From Thermoanaerobaculia bacterium (GTDB lineage: Bacteria > Acidobacteriota > Thermoanaerobaculia > UBA5066), in NCBI GenBank assembly GCA_963816185.1, contig CAWFJJ010000028.1, positions 320,001-384,000 on the forward strand: DNA of 64,000 nucleotides, in the 5' to 3' direction. Both the position numbers and the translations under genes were made by a program. Below are positions 9,038-18,783 of this stretch, piece after piece. The notes beneath the pieces are model-generated. The model had not been told where the DNA came from, made no database searches, and was given only the letters and a program-made list of their open reading frames with translations. Numbering within the stretch: position 1 is the stretch's first letter; each line of letters begins with the position of its first letter.

Positions 9038-11632
9038 GTGTTTTCCAGCGTGTCGAGGGAAGAGGACCAGCAACCGCTCAATCCGGACGTCCGCGAGGCG
9101 CTCTACGAGCTCCAGCGCTACCTGTCCGACACTTTGGCGCCGCTGATGGTCGCCGATTCCGTCAATCTTCTGCTCGACTATCCCGCCGACCTCGCCGCGA
9201 ACGAGATCCAAGCGTGGACGACCGCGCAATTTCGGAGCGCAAAGCCGGCGCCGGTTTCGGATTACCTTTATCACGCCGTGGAAAAGCTGCACGCGATGGG
9301 GCAGTACCAGCTCGTACCGAAGGACTCGCTTCAGCGGTACCTCGATGACCTCAAGCCCCTCGTCCTCGAGCTGTGTCCGGCCGCGGACCGCACCCTTCTT
9401 GCCCAGAACCTGGGCCGCCTCGGCAACACGGAAAGCGTCTTGTCGGCCCCCGTGGAGTTCCTGAGACGACAAGGCGGGCTCGCGGCCGGAGGCGGCCCCA
9501 CGTCGAGCGGTCTGAGGAGCGAGGACGGGCTTCCGGATACCGCGCCGCACTTGCGCGAGCTTTCATTCCTCATCGAGCGCCTCGGCCCGATGCTCGCGGC
9601 GGGCGCAACGTCCGCCCTCGGCGAGCCGAGCGGGCGCCAGGGCCCGGGCGGGCCGGCTGGATCGCGAGGCGCTGCGGCCGCGGCTGGCGCGGCTCTCGTA
9701 GGGGGGGCGGCGGCGGCCGCACTTCCGGGGGCGAGCGCGGAGCGGCGCGACGTCCTTCTGTCGCAGATTCTCTCGGTCGCGGCGATGGCCGCCCGTACCG
9801 ACGCCGAGCTGCACGCCGCTCTCGACAAGCTCCGGATCATCGGAGTCGACGTCCCGACCGCGGAGATCTTTCGTTCGCTTGGTCGCTCGGTTCCGCCGTG
9901 GTCCGTGTCGGCTCCGTCCGCACCCATCGAGCAGGCTCTCATGGCCGCGAAGAGGGCGCCGACTGCGGCGATGCGCCGTGTCGTCACCCTGCCCGAGAAT
10001 CCCGAGGAGATCGGCCGCCGCTTCAACGAGATGATCGCGGCCGCCATCGAGCAGCTCAATCAAGGCTCACTCCCTCGGGCGGCGCGGATGTTCGCCGTCG
10101 CCGAGAAGCTCGTCGCCGAGAGGCGGGTCGATCCCCGGATGACCGAGAGCGCGCGTCTCAGGGGGAAGGAAAGGGTGGACCTCGAGCGCGTCCGCTCGCT
10201 CGGAGAGGATTCCCGGAATCACGAGCCCCTCGCCCGGATCCTGTCGTTCTTCCCCGACCTGACGGCGATGAAGCTCATGGACGATCTTCGGGGCGAGGAG
10301 AAGCGCGAGCGCCGGCGCCTGCTGCTCTCCCTTCTCGAAATCCACGGCGCCGAGGCGCGCGCGACGGCGCTCGACCTCCTGGCCCGTCCCGATGAGGGCG
10401 AAACCGCGTACGACTGGCACTTCAAACGCAATCTCCTCTATCTGCTGAGGCGCATTCCACGCGCAACGGAGGAGCCGGCCAGCGCCGAGCTCGACGTCCT
10501 CATCTCGTTCGCCGACCCCTCGCTGCCGCCTGCTCTCGTGAAGGAGGCGATCGCGGGGCTCGGCACCGCGCGGCACGAGAGGTCCGAGGCGGCGCTCGTC
10601 TCGATCGTCCAGGGGCTCGAGTCCATGCTCGCGAAAAAGGCCGACGCTCCCTTCGACGAAGCCGAGCTGGCGCCGCTTCTCGACCGCGCCGTCTCGGCAC
10701 TCGCCCGCTTCGGAAGCGGGACATCGCGACGGGTCGTCGTGGAGCACGGACTGCGCCGAAAAGGAGGGCTCGGGGACGCCCGGGCGCGCCTCACGGAGCT
10801 CGCGGGTCAGGATCTCTCGGACGACCCAGAGCTCGTAGGCGTTCTTCTGAGAGGGCTGAAGGCCGAGCTGCCGTTCAGGGTCTTCGGGCTCACGCTCAAG
10901 AAGCGTGACGACAAGATCGGCCCGATCATCGACGCCCTTTCCTCCACGCCTCTGCCTCAAGTGAAGAGTGCGTTCGAGGAGATCGTGGAGCGTCACCCCG
11001 GCACCGAGTTCGCGAAGGCCGCTGCGCATGCGCTCGCGGCCTTCGCGGCGCCCAAACCCGACGAGAGCGCGCCGGTCGCGAGCCTCTCGGGCGACCTCGC
11101 GATCTTCGAGCTACCCGCTCTTCTCCAGAGCCTCGCGGCCTCGGAGGTGACGGGAACGCTGACGCTCAAGAACTCGTCCAACGCCGTCATGGGACGACTG
11201 CTCCTCGAATCCGGCCGGATCCGGGCCGCCGAGTGCGGAGCCCTTCGCGGTGACGAGGCGTGTTACCAGTTCTTCGAACGCCCGGGCGGCGCGACGTTCG
11301 CCTTCGTCCGGCAGGCGAACCTTGCGCCCCGGACCGGAGACGAGGCGCCGCCCCGCGAAGTCGTGTCGGTCCTCCTCGAGGGAATGCGCCGGTACGACGA
11401 GCTCCAGCGCTGTTCGGCCCTCGCGCCGGATGACGCGGTCTTCAAGCAGACGAGCTCGAAGCCGTCGGCCGAGCCCGAGGAACCCGACGCCGCCTTTCAG
11501 CAGGCAGTCTTCTCGAAGGCGGTTTCAGGCCTCAATTCGCGCGCCATCGAAGGCGCGGTCGCCGCGGACTCGTTCCGAGTCCGGAGGTTGCTCGCGCGCT
11601 GGGTCGAAGACGGGAGCTTGAGGGCGGCCTGA
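9038..11632 (+). CDS. Large alpha-helical protein with C-terminal DUF4388 (PATAN-like) domain
   Basis: C-terminal LSGDLAIFELPALLQSL..TGTLTL..GRI..A..GALRGDEACYQFF, then VLLEGMRRYDE. Confidence 0.7.
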   Translation: MFSSVSREEDQQPLNPDVREALYELQRYLSDTLAPLMVADSVNLLLDYPADLAANEIQAWTTAQFRSAKPAPVSDYLYHAVEKLHAMGQYQLVPKDSLQRYLDDLKPLVLELCPAADRTLLAQNLGRLGNTESVLSAPVEFLRRQGGLAAGGGPTSSGLRSEDGLPDTAPHLRELSFLIERLGPMLAAGATSALGEPSGRQGPGGPAGSRGAAAAAGAALVGGAAAAALPGASAERRDVLLSQILSVAAMAARTDAELHAALDKLRIIGVDVPTAEIFRSLGRSVPPWSVSAPSAPIEQALMAAKRAPTAAMRRVVTLPENPEEIGRRFNEMIAAAIEQLNQGSLPRAARMFAVAEKLVAERRVDPRMTESARLRGKERVDLERVRSLGEDSRNHEPLARILSFFPDLTAMKLMDDLRGEEKRERRRLLLSLLEIHGAEARATALDLLARPDEGETAYDWHFKRNLLYLLRRIPRATEEPASAELDVLISFADPSLPPALVKEAIAGLGTARHERSEAALVSIVQGLESMLAKKADAPFDEAELAPLLDRAVSALARFGSGTSRRVVVEHGLRRKGGLGDARARLTELAGQDLSDDPELVGVLLRGLKAELPFRVFGLTLKKRDDKIGPIIDALSSTPLPQVKSAFEEIVERHPGTEFAKAAAHALAAFAAPKPDESAPVASLSGDLAIFELPALLQSLAASEVTGTLTLKNSSNAVMGRLLLESGRIRAAECGALRGDEACYQFFERPGGATFAFVRQANLAPRTGDEAPPREVVSVLLEGMRRYDELQRCSALAPDDAVFKQTSSKPSAEPEEPDAAFQQAVFSKAVSGLNSRAIEGAVAADSFRVRRLLARWVEDGSLRAA

Positions 11633-11644
11633 GGGCCGCCCCCG

Positions 11645-11678
11645 GGCTCCCGCGGGGCGCAGAGCGCCCCGCGGAGCC
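11645..11678. terminator. GC-rich hairpin between convergent genes (probable bidirectional terminator)
   Basis: CCGCGGGGCGC-aga-GCGCCCCGCGG, a perfect 11-bp stem at 11650-11674. Confidence 0.55.
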
Positions 11679-11692
11679 GCACGAGAAAGGGA

Positions 11693-12832
11693 TTAGTAGT
11701 AGAAGACCTGGAACTGGACGGTGTACTCGTTCGTCGAGGCCACGTTCTTGTTGTCCGGGGCATCCGTCCGCGTGAAGCCGGCCTTGATGTTGAAGTTCGC
11801 GCCGTAGGGGTACCAGCCGAGGCCGCCCTGGTACTTGGTCCGGTTGAGCCCCTTGTTCACGTCGTCCGAGTAACGCTGTTGCTCGTAGCGTATGAACGGC
11901 ATGACCTTGGCCGAGCCGATGTAGACGCCGGCTTCGCCGTAGAGGTCGTCCTGCTTGAGGAGCGCCGCCGTGTTGAACGTGACGCCGCCGTCGTAATGAA
12001 TGTAATCGGCCTGCACCGTGATGCCGTTGCCCGTCCCGACGGGATAGTCGAAGAAGAGGTCGCCGGCGTAGGCGGTGTAATCGCTCTGCGTGTCGTAGCC
12101 CCCGCCGATCGCGAGGATCTTCTTCTTTCCGAAATACGTCCCCGCGTAGAACTGGCCCTTCTCGACGTCGAACACGTCGTACTGGAGGCGCCCGGCGAAC
12201 CGGAACGAGTTCTTCACGCCGGGAGCGCGGAAGCCGGAATAGACGCCCGCGCGGTACTCGAGGTGGTCGTCCGCGAGGTAGCCCTTCGCCTGGAAGCCCG
12301 TGTCACGTCCGACCGAGGACTGCGTCGAGGCGCTCTCCTGGAACGACCAGGTGCCGTAGTCCATCGTGAGGAGGGTCACGGCGCTCGTGTTGCAGTTGCG
12401 GCAGAGCGGAATCAGGATGAGGCCGGCGTCGATCGTGAACTCGTTCGCGATCTTCCAGTCGAGGAACGCGTCCTGGACGATGAAGCCCGTGCCCGGCGCC
12501 TTGCCGCCTGCGCCGCCGGCCACCGTCTGCGTCGACTTGCCGAGGTTCGGGTTGTCGGTCATGAAGAAGAACGTGACGTCCTTCGCGACCTGACCGCCAA
12601 GGAAGAACCTGGCCCGCCGCAGGAACAGGTTCTGCTGGAACCCGGCCGTCTCCCCCGTGGCGTTGGACACGCCGTTCCAGTCGCCCCAGGCCTGCATCAG
12701 GAGTCCGAGCCGGAAGTTGACGGTATCGTTTACCTTGACGATGGCCTGCGCGTTCGCGACTGCCGGTAGCAGCGCGATGAGCAGGGCAAGGGAGACGAGG
12801 GCGAATCGATTCGAAAGAATCTTTGAACGCAC
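11693..12832 (-). CDS. Outer-membrane porin (OprO/P-like beta-barrel)
   Basis: TAAGGAGG SD + GTG start, signal peptide, FLRRARF, alternating beta-strands, aromatic C-terminus QFQVFYY. Confidence 0.8.
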   Translation of the reverse strand: MRSKILSNRFALVSLALLIALLPAVANAQAIVKVNDTVNFRLGLLMQAWGDWNGVSNATGETAGFQQNLFLRRARFFLGGQVAKDVTFFFMTDNPNLGKSTQTVAGGAGGKAPGTGFIVQDAFLDWKIANEFTIDAGLILIPLCRNCNTSAVTLLTMDYGTWSFQESASTQSSVGRDTGFQAKGYLADDHLEYRAGVYSGFRAPGVKNSFRFAGRLQYDVFDVEKGQFYAGTYFGKKKILAIGGGYDTQSDYTAYAGDLFFDYPVGTGNGITVQADYIHYDGGVTFNTAALLKQDDLYGEAGVYIGSAKVMPFIRYEQQRYSDDVNKGLNRTKYQGGLGWYPYGANFNIKAGFTRTDAPDNKNVASTNEYTVQFQVFYY

Positions 12833-12959
12833 ACCTTCCTCCTTAAAGTCAGCACGCCGACGAACGGCACGACAGGAACACATCTGTGCTCAAAATGATA
12901 GACACTCAGCAGAATGCGCGTCAACAGGAATCTCCCGGCCGTGAGTAATGCATCTGCAC

Positions 12960-13077
12960 TAGCGCAGCGGCAGCATTTCGCTTGACATCGAGCGTGAGAG
13001 TGAAAGACTCGCCGCCAGATTTGTTTGAGGTGAACTCAGCTAATGGAGTCCGCTCCGCACGATAGCGCAGCGGCAGC
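12960..13077. promoter_or_regulatory. Two 15-bp direct repeats flanking a TTGACA -35 box in the porin/MFS divergent region
   Basis: TAGCGCAGCGGCAGC at 12960-12974 and 13063-13077; TTGACA at 12982-12987. Confidence 0.5.
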
Positions 13078-13252
13078 CCGGCTTTACGTGAAGCGGGTGC
13101 CGCCTGCTCGAAGAACCGGGCGCACTCCCCGTCTTGTGCGTTAACGCGGAACAAATTTTCGGATCGAACTGGAAAAGAAGACCCTGAGCGAGATCGTCGT
13201 TGTTTCCCTAGGTCCTGGAATGCCATGAACCGAAAGGAAGGGAGGCTCTAAT

Positions 13253-14524
13253 ATGTCAAGTGCTGCTGGAACTCCGGGGGCTGCTGCCGTGCCACGTGGG
13301 GACGTAGGTTTGAATCGATGGTGGCGCGTGGTGGGCGGGCTCCTGATGAACCTGGCCCTGGGCTCGCTTTACGCCTGGAGCGTCTTCGTCGCGCCCCTGG
13401 AGAAGGAGTTCGGCTGGAAGCGGGCGGACACGTCTGCGGTGTTCACATGGGCCGTCGTCGTCTTTGCCATCGCCTTCATCGTCGCGGGGCGCCTCCAGGA
13501 CAAGCTCGGGCCTTTCATGGTCTCGATCATCGGCTGCATCTTGCTGACGGCAGGCTTCATTCTCTGCATGTGGACGAGCAGCCTCACGTACCTGATCGTC
13601 TGCTTCGGGATTCTCGTCGGCATCGGTAACGGATTCGGCTACGCGACGCCGATTCCGGTCATGTCCAAATGGTTCCCGGACAAGCGCGGCCTGGCCGTCG
13701 GTCTGGCCGTCGCGGGTTACGGCGGCGGTTCGGCCATCTTCGGACCCCTGGCGAACCTGTGGCTGATCCCGGCCTACGGCTGGCGGGCCACATTCGCCAT
13801 CCTCGGCGTCATTTTCTTCTTCATGACCCTCGTCGGAGCTTTACTGCTGAAGAACCCTCCGGCCGGATACCAGGTGCCGGGCTGGGTGCCCGCTTCAAAA
13901 CCGAAGTCCCTGGCGACAACCTACGAGTTCACTCCCGGGGAAATGTGGCGCACCCCGGCGGCGTACTTCATGTGGATCGCCTACTGCCTGGGCTGCGCTG
14001 CCGGCCTCATGGTCATCAGCCAGCTGATCCCGTTCGCCAAGAGCGAGGGGATTCCCGGCGCAGCTCTTCCCGTCATCGGGCTCGTCATAGGCGCGGCCGG
14101 GAACGCCTCCGGTCGAATCCTGTCGGGCTGGATGTCGGATGCCATGGGACGTCTCAATGTCCTGCGTCTGATGATCGCGATCTCGGCCATCTCCATGCCG
14201 ATCCTCTACCTCACCGGAAGCAACGTCGCGATGCTCTACGTGATGGTCTTCATCGTCTACTGGTGCTACGGCACGCAGCTCTCGGTGAACGCCTCGACGA
14301 CGGCCGACTTCTGGGGCACGAAGAACGTCGGCATCAACTACGGCATTCTGTTCACCGCCTGGGGTGTCGCAGGCTTCATCGGACCCCGGATCGGCGGCGT
14401 GCTCTTCGACAAGTACAAGAACTACCAGGCAGCCTTCTACACCGCGGCCGCCCTGGCGGTAGTCGCGCTCATCTGCGAGTTCCTGGCGAAGAAGCCGAAC
14501 CCGCCCGTGGGGGCGCACGCTTAG
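13253..14524 (+). CDS. MFS transporter, oxalate/formate antiporter (OFA) family
   Basis: LGSLYAWSVF, KWFPDKRGLAVGLAVAGYGGG, GRILSGWMSD, DFWGTKNVGINYG; about 12 TM segments. Confidence 0.85.
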   Translation: MSSAAGTPGAAAVPRGDVGLNRWWRVVGGLLMNLALGSLYAWSVFVAPLEKEFGWKRADTSAVFTWAVVVFAIAFIVAGRLQDKLGPFMVSIIGCILLTAGFILCMWTSSLTYLIVCFGILVGIGNGFGYATPIPVMSKWFPDKRGLAVGLAVAGYGGGSAIFGPLANLWLIPAYGWRATFAILGVIFFFMTLVGALLLKNPPAGYQVPGWVPASKPKSLATTYEFTPGEMWRTPAAYFMWIAYCLGCAAGLMVISQLIPFAKSEGIPGAALPVIGLVIGAAGNASGRILSGWMSDAMGRLNVLRLMIAISAISMPILYLTGSNVAMLYVMVFIVYWCYGTQLSVNASTTADFWGTKNVGINYGILFTAWGVAGFIGPRIGGVLFDKYKNYQAAFYTAAALAVVALICEFLAKKPNPPVGAHA

Positions 14525-14580
14525 GGGGCCGGCGCGGGTCTTGACACCGAAACTCTTTCGACAACGGACAGGAGAAGAGA

Positions 14581-15996
14581 ATGGCTGACAGCACGTTTCC
14601 CAAACACAAGGTCCTGCCTTGGCCGGCGGTTCCGATCCCGACCCCCGACGAGGTGTACGCGGGTCTTACGGATCAGGCCAAGGAATATCCCCTCTCACTC
14701 GAGAAGCAGCTCAGACAGAGCGAGAACTTCAAGAAGCCCGAGAACCTGACGACGGTGCGGGTCCTCGACCTGAGCAAGGGGATGATCATCGGCAACTGGT
14801 GTTCCTCGATGCTCTCGGAGCTCGGCTCGGACACCATCAAGTGCGAGCCGCCCGACGGCGACCCCTTGCGGTGGCAGACGCCGTTCGGACGCAAGGAGTA
14901 CATGATCAAGGATGCCGAGACCGGCGAGCCGATCGGCCTGCACTTCCTCCACGAGATGAGGAACAAACAGTCGATCACGCTCAATCTCGAGAAGCCGGAG
15001 GGACGCGAGCTCCTCAAGAAGCTCGCCGTCCACTGCGATGTCCTCATCGAGAACTACCCGCCGGGGCAGTTCGACGCATGGGGGATCGGCTATCGGCAGC
15101 TGAAGGAGATCAACCCGCGACTCGTCTACTGCTGGGTGGGGCAGAAGGGCCAGTGGGGCCCGTCGAAAGACAAGCCGGGGAACCTGGACCCGACCGCTCA
15201 GGCGGCGTGCGGATTCATACACGGCACCGGCCTCCCGAAGGAGTTCGGCGGACGGCCCACGCGCTCGGCCATGTGGATGGCGGACCAGGTCGGCGGGACG
15301 TCGGCGGCCATCGGGATTCTCGCCGCGCTCCTTTATCGCGACAAGGTCTCGGGTAAGGGTCAGTTCATCGAGGCGACGGCGGCCGAGGCCATCATCCGGA
15401 TCCTGGACTACAACTGGGGCTGGTACGGGTTCGACGGGAGCATCCGCCCCCGCTACGGGAACTGGGACCTCGCGATCAACATCTACGCCGTCAACCCGTG
15501 CAAGGACGGGTACTTCATGGTGGGCGGCGGACACGATCGCCTCTGGTACCGGATCTGGCGGACGGTGGGGCAGTCACGTCCCGACCTCGAGGACGAGATT
15601 CTCGACGACAAGAGCCTCCGGGTCGTCACGGCGCGGCTTCCGCACCTGAAGCAGGTGAAAACCTACACGGTTCTCGCCGACTGGCAGAAGGACCATTCCC
15701 GGGCGGACGCCATGCACCAGCTCCTCGCCCAGCAGGTCGCGTCCGGCGGCGTCAACTACGTCGACGAGGTGGCCGAAGACCCGCATTTCAAGTACCGCGG
15801 ACACGTCGACGAGTTCGACGATCGGCTCTACGGAAAAGTCCTCTACGGCACGTCGCCCTTGCTCGAGGACAAGGCTCCCGCGCGCCTGAAGTGGATCGGC
15901 CGGCCCTTGGGATACGACAACGAAGAGATTTATCTGAAGCTCCTCGGGCTTGGTCCGGCCGAGGTTGCCGCGCTCAAGAAGCGCGGAGTGGTTTAG
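14581..15996 (+). CDS. Family III CoA-transferase (CaiB/BaiF), subunit 1
   Basis: VRVLDLS, ELGSDTIKCEPPDGD, RNKQSITLNLEKPEGRELL, DVLIENY, MADQVGG (catalytic Asp position). Confidence 0.9.
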   Translation: MADSTFPKHKVLPWPAVPIPTPDEVYAGLTDQAKEYPLSLEKQLRQSENFKKPENLTTVRVLDLSKGMIIGNWCSSMLSELGSDTIKCEPPDGDPLRWQTPFGRKEYMIKDAETGEPIGLHFLHEMRNKQSITLNLEKPEGRELLKKLAVHCDVLIENYPPGQFDAWGIGYRQLKEINPRLVYCWVGQKGQWGPSKDKPGNLDPTAQAACGFIHGTGLPKEFGGRPTRSAMWMADQVGGTSAAIGILAALLYRDKVSGKGQFIEATAAEAIIRILDYNWGWYGFDGSIRPRYGNWDLAINIYAVNPCKDGYFMVGGGHDRLWYRIWRTVGQSRPDLEDEILDDKSLRVVTARLPHLKQVKTYTVLADWQKDHSRADAMHQLLAQQVASGGVNYVDEVAEDPHFKYRGHVDEFDDRLYGKVLYGTSPLLEDKAPARLKWIGRPLGYDNEEIYLKLLGLGPAEVAALKKRGVV

Positions 15997-16015
15997 GTCA
16001 GAGGAGGCAGCGAAG

Positions 16016-17361
16016 ATGGCCACACCCGATTTCGAAACCTACTGTCAGCAGCTCTTCGACCACAAGACGGCTGCCGGAAAGCCTGAGGTCCTGAAGGGCT
16101 ATCGCGTTCTTTCCTGCACGCAGTACATCCTTGGTCCTTCCACCGCGGCGTATCTGGCCGAACTGGGAGCCGAGGTCATCAAGATCGAGACGCCGCGGCG
16201 CGGCGAGCCGATGCGTCACACGACCCCGTTCAACGAGCCCCTCCTCTACCCTCTCTCCCGCTGGGTGCCGGAGGCGGGGACGGGCCTGGGCTTCTTCGGC
16301 GCCAACGACAACGAGGAGTTCGTCAGCCTCGACTTCCACCGGCCGGAGGCGAGGCAGGCCATGCTGGAGCTGGCGGCCAAGTCGGACGTCATGGTCCAGA
16401 ACTTCCGGCCCGGAACATTCGACCGGTGGGGAATGGGCTATCAGCACTTTTCCAAGGTCAACCCCCGCCTCGTCTATCAGTGGCTGGGCGGGTTCGGCGG
16501 CTGGGGGCCCGGACGCGTGCGCGCCTCGTACGACATCCTGGGCCAGGCCATGGGCGGCGCCTTCGGGATCACTGGCGAAGCCGCTGACCGGGGCGGGACG
16601 CCGTCCAAGCACACGATCTGGCTGGCCGACTACTGGGGCGGCATGATGGCTGCGGTCGCGATCCTGGCGGCTCTCTATCGTCGGGACACGGTTTCAGGCG
16701 AGGGGTGCTTCATCGAGTACTCGCAGGTTCACGGCGTCACGCGGCAGCTCGAGTACGCTCTTCCGCTCTACGGGCGGTACGGCATCCGGCGTGAGCGCTG
16801 GGGCAACTGGGACACCGAGCTCTGCGCACACGGGATCGTCCAGTGCGGCAAGTCGTCCTATCCGGGCTCCAAGAACCCGCAGGAAGCCGAGGTGGGGTAC
16901 ATCCTCGTCACGGCCCACACGGACGAGGACTTCAAGAAGCTGTGCGACGTGATCGGGCCGGAAGGACCTTGCCGACGTCACTCGGGAAACACGACGACCG
17001 CGTCAAGGCCGAGAATCAGGGCACCGTCTACGATGCCATCGAGGCCTGGGCGAAGGACAAGAGCAAGGAAGACGTGGCGAACCTTCTCGACAAGGCCGGC
17101 ATCAACAACCAGCCGGTGTGGAACGCGAAGGAGGTCTCCGAGCACCCTCACTGGAAGCTCCGCGGCGCGGTCCAGTGGATCGACGATCCGATCTTCGGCG
17201 ATCTGCACCATCAGGGTCCCGCCTTCATGATGTCCGAGACGCCTCCGCGCCTGAAGTGGGCGCTGAAGCCCGTGGGCGCCGACAACGAGCGGGTCTACGG
17301 ACGGCTCCTCGGGTGGACGAAATCGAAGCTCGCGAAGATGGAAGAGATGGAGGTGATCTGA
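16016..17361 (+). CDS. Family III CoA-transferase, subunit 2 (apparent frameshift near 16960)
   Basis: AELGAEVIKIE, DVMVQNFRPG, LADYWGG. The C-terminus (PVGADNERVYGRLLG) continues in ORF 16843..17361. Confidence 0.88.
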
Positions 17362-17362
17362 G

Positions 17363-17785
17363 ATGGCCAGCGAGACGACCTCCGGCGTCATCAAACAGGG
17401 TCTGGTGCTCACGTGCGCCAAGTGCTCCACCAAGAACTTCCTCGACCCGTATCCGTTCTGGAACTTCAGCGGCAACACGAAATGTGCCGGCTGCGACGCC
17501 ATCTACGCCGTTAAGTTCGTCAAGGGCCAGCAGGAGAGCGGGCCGACGGCCACCTCCGGGAAAGCGGATCTTCTTCCGGGCTACGCCGAAGACAAGAACG
17601 GCGCCGCCATCACCGGGGAAGGAAAGATCCGCCCCGCCCCGCAGGCGCGGCCCGATCCCTTCACCGGGCAGCAGAAGCAGATCACGAAGAGCCTCCGGGG
17701 CAAGCCGGTCAGCGGCAGCCGTCTCAAGAAGGAAGATCTCGTGGGAAGCCGGCCCAAGTTCATCGTGGACTTGCGCAAGAGCTGA
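17363..17785 (+). CDS. Hypothetical Zn-ribbon-like protein (CxxC..CxxC)
   Basis: CAKC and CAGC motifs; ATG 1 bp after the upstream stop; GC3-rich codons. Confidence 0.7.
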   Translation: MASETTSGVIKQGLVLTCAKCSTKNFLDPYPFWNFSGNTKCAGCDAIYAVKFVKGQQESGPTATSGKADLLPGYAEDKNGAAITGEGKIRPAPQARPDPFTGQQKQITKSLRGKPVSGSRLKKEDLVGSRPKFIVDLRKS

Positions 17786-17801
17786 AGAAGGAGAAAAAGC
17801 C

Positions 17802-17996
17802 GTGGCACAGACCGAGAAGAAAAAGGAAACGTCGACTTACAAGTGCTGCGAGCACTTCGAGGCCGCGCTGGATCCGAACATCCTGAGGGCGTACGTCGGC
17901 TACTGCAAGGCGCGCGCATGGCCCTTCACGGTGATGGTCCCCATCGGCGGCCTGGAGGGTGAGTGTCCGAAGCCCCCGATCAAGAAGAAGGCCTAA
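17802..17996 (+). CDS. Hypothetical small Cys-rich protein (64 aa)
   Basis: AAGGAG SD + GTG; MAQTEKKKETSTYKCCEHF..GYCKARAWPF..GECPKPPIKKKA. Confidence 0.6.
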   Translation: MAQTEKKKETSTYKCCEHFEAALDPNILRAYVGYCKARAWPFTVMVPIGGLEGECPKPPIKKKA

Positions 17997-18013
17997 GACG
18001 GCCGGGAACAGGC

Positions 18014-18346
18014 ATGGCGAGCCTCCGAGAGGAGTTCGAGCAGCGGTACGGACGGCTCTGGTCCGGCGCGTCGTCACTCGAAATCGGGGGCGTCACCTAC
18101 GAGCTTGAAGAGGTGATGCACAAGATCGGCTTCGGCTTCGAGGGGCTCAAGCTCATCGACGCCCCTCGGGTCGAAGCCGGCCGCGCCGCCATCCGTTTCT
18201 TCGACGGCGAGGTTCGCTGCATCGTGTGCCTCGAGCTGGGGGAGGATCTTACGATTCTGGAAGAGCATCGCGTCCACATCGCCGAGTGGCTTGGGGATGC
18301 CTACTTCGAGACGGAATGGCAGGTGAACTGCCCCATGGATTTCTGA
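18014..18346 (+). CDS. Hypothetical acidic protein, paralog of 54171..54503
   Basis: 31/85 ungapped identities to 54171..54503 by manual alignment; lies within the operon. Confidence 0.75.
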   Translation: MASLREEFEQRYGRLWSGASSLEIGGVTYELEEVMHKIGFGFEGLKLIDAPRVEAGRAAIRFFDGEVRCIVCLELGEDLTILEEHRVHIAEWLGDAYFETEWQVNCPMDF

Positions 18347-18357
18347 GAGGAGACACC

Positions 18358-18783
18358 ATGAAAGTCAAGTTCTACTACTCCAGCAAGGACAAGCCGGGCG
18401 AGCAGTACCCGTGCAACATCGCGGCCTGCCTCGAGAAGGTCAAGAAATTGAAGGCGCAGGGATACGACGTCGAGGCGATCGACGTCGCCGGTGTGGCGGA
18501 TGTGTTCCGCTTCTACCATTCGGCCCTGACCGGTCCGCCCGCGACCGTCCGCGCCGTCTTCGGCATGAAGGGAGCGCTCGAGGCCGACTTCGGCCGTACG
18601 ACGCCCGCCGTCCTCGCCTTCGGCGATCCGAAGGACCGCTACCCGACCGACGCCTACCCGCGGCAGGATCAGGGCAGGGGCGGACTCGTCGGATGCGAGA
18701 AGGCTCTCGACGACCTCGCCAAGGAGCTCGCCAAGCTGCCGGCGACCGAGGACGAAGAGGAGGAGCAGGAGGCGAGTCGTTGA
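18358..18783 (+). CDS. Hypothetical protein, possibly thioredoxin-like fold
   Basis: GAGGAG SD; MKVKFYYS..PCNIAAC..YDVEAIDV; acidic tail; stop overlaps the next start. Confidence 0.65.
   Translation: MKVKFYYSSKDKPGEQYPCNIAACLEKVKKLKAQGYDVEAIDVAGVADVFRFYHSALTGPPATVRAVFGMKGALEADFGRTTPAVLAFGDPKDRYPTDAYPRQDQGRGGLVGCEKALDDLAKELAKLPATEDEEEEQEASR

Noticed and set aside
16940-16990. Programmed frameshifting in CoA-transferase 2 and other split genes
   Set aside because: No slippery heptamer, and similar single indels are scattered through many unrelated genes, consistent with sequencing error.
13253-17361. Classical oxalate catabolism (oxlT-frc-oxc)
   Set aside because: No TPP-dependent oxalyl-CoA decarboxylase in the window, and the transferases are divergent from Frc. 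The substrate cannot be assigned.
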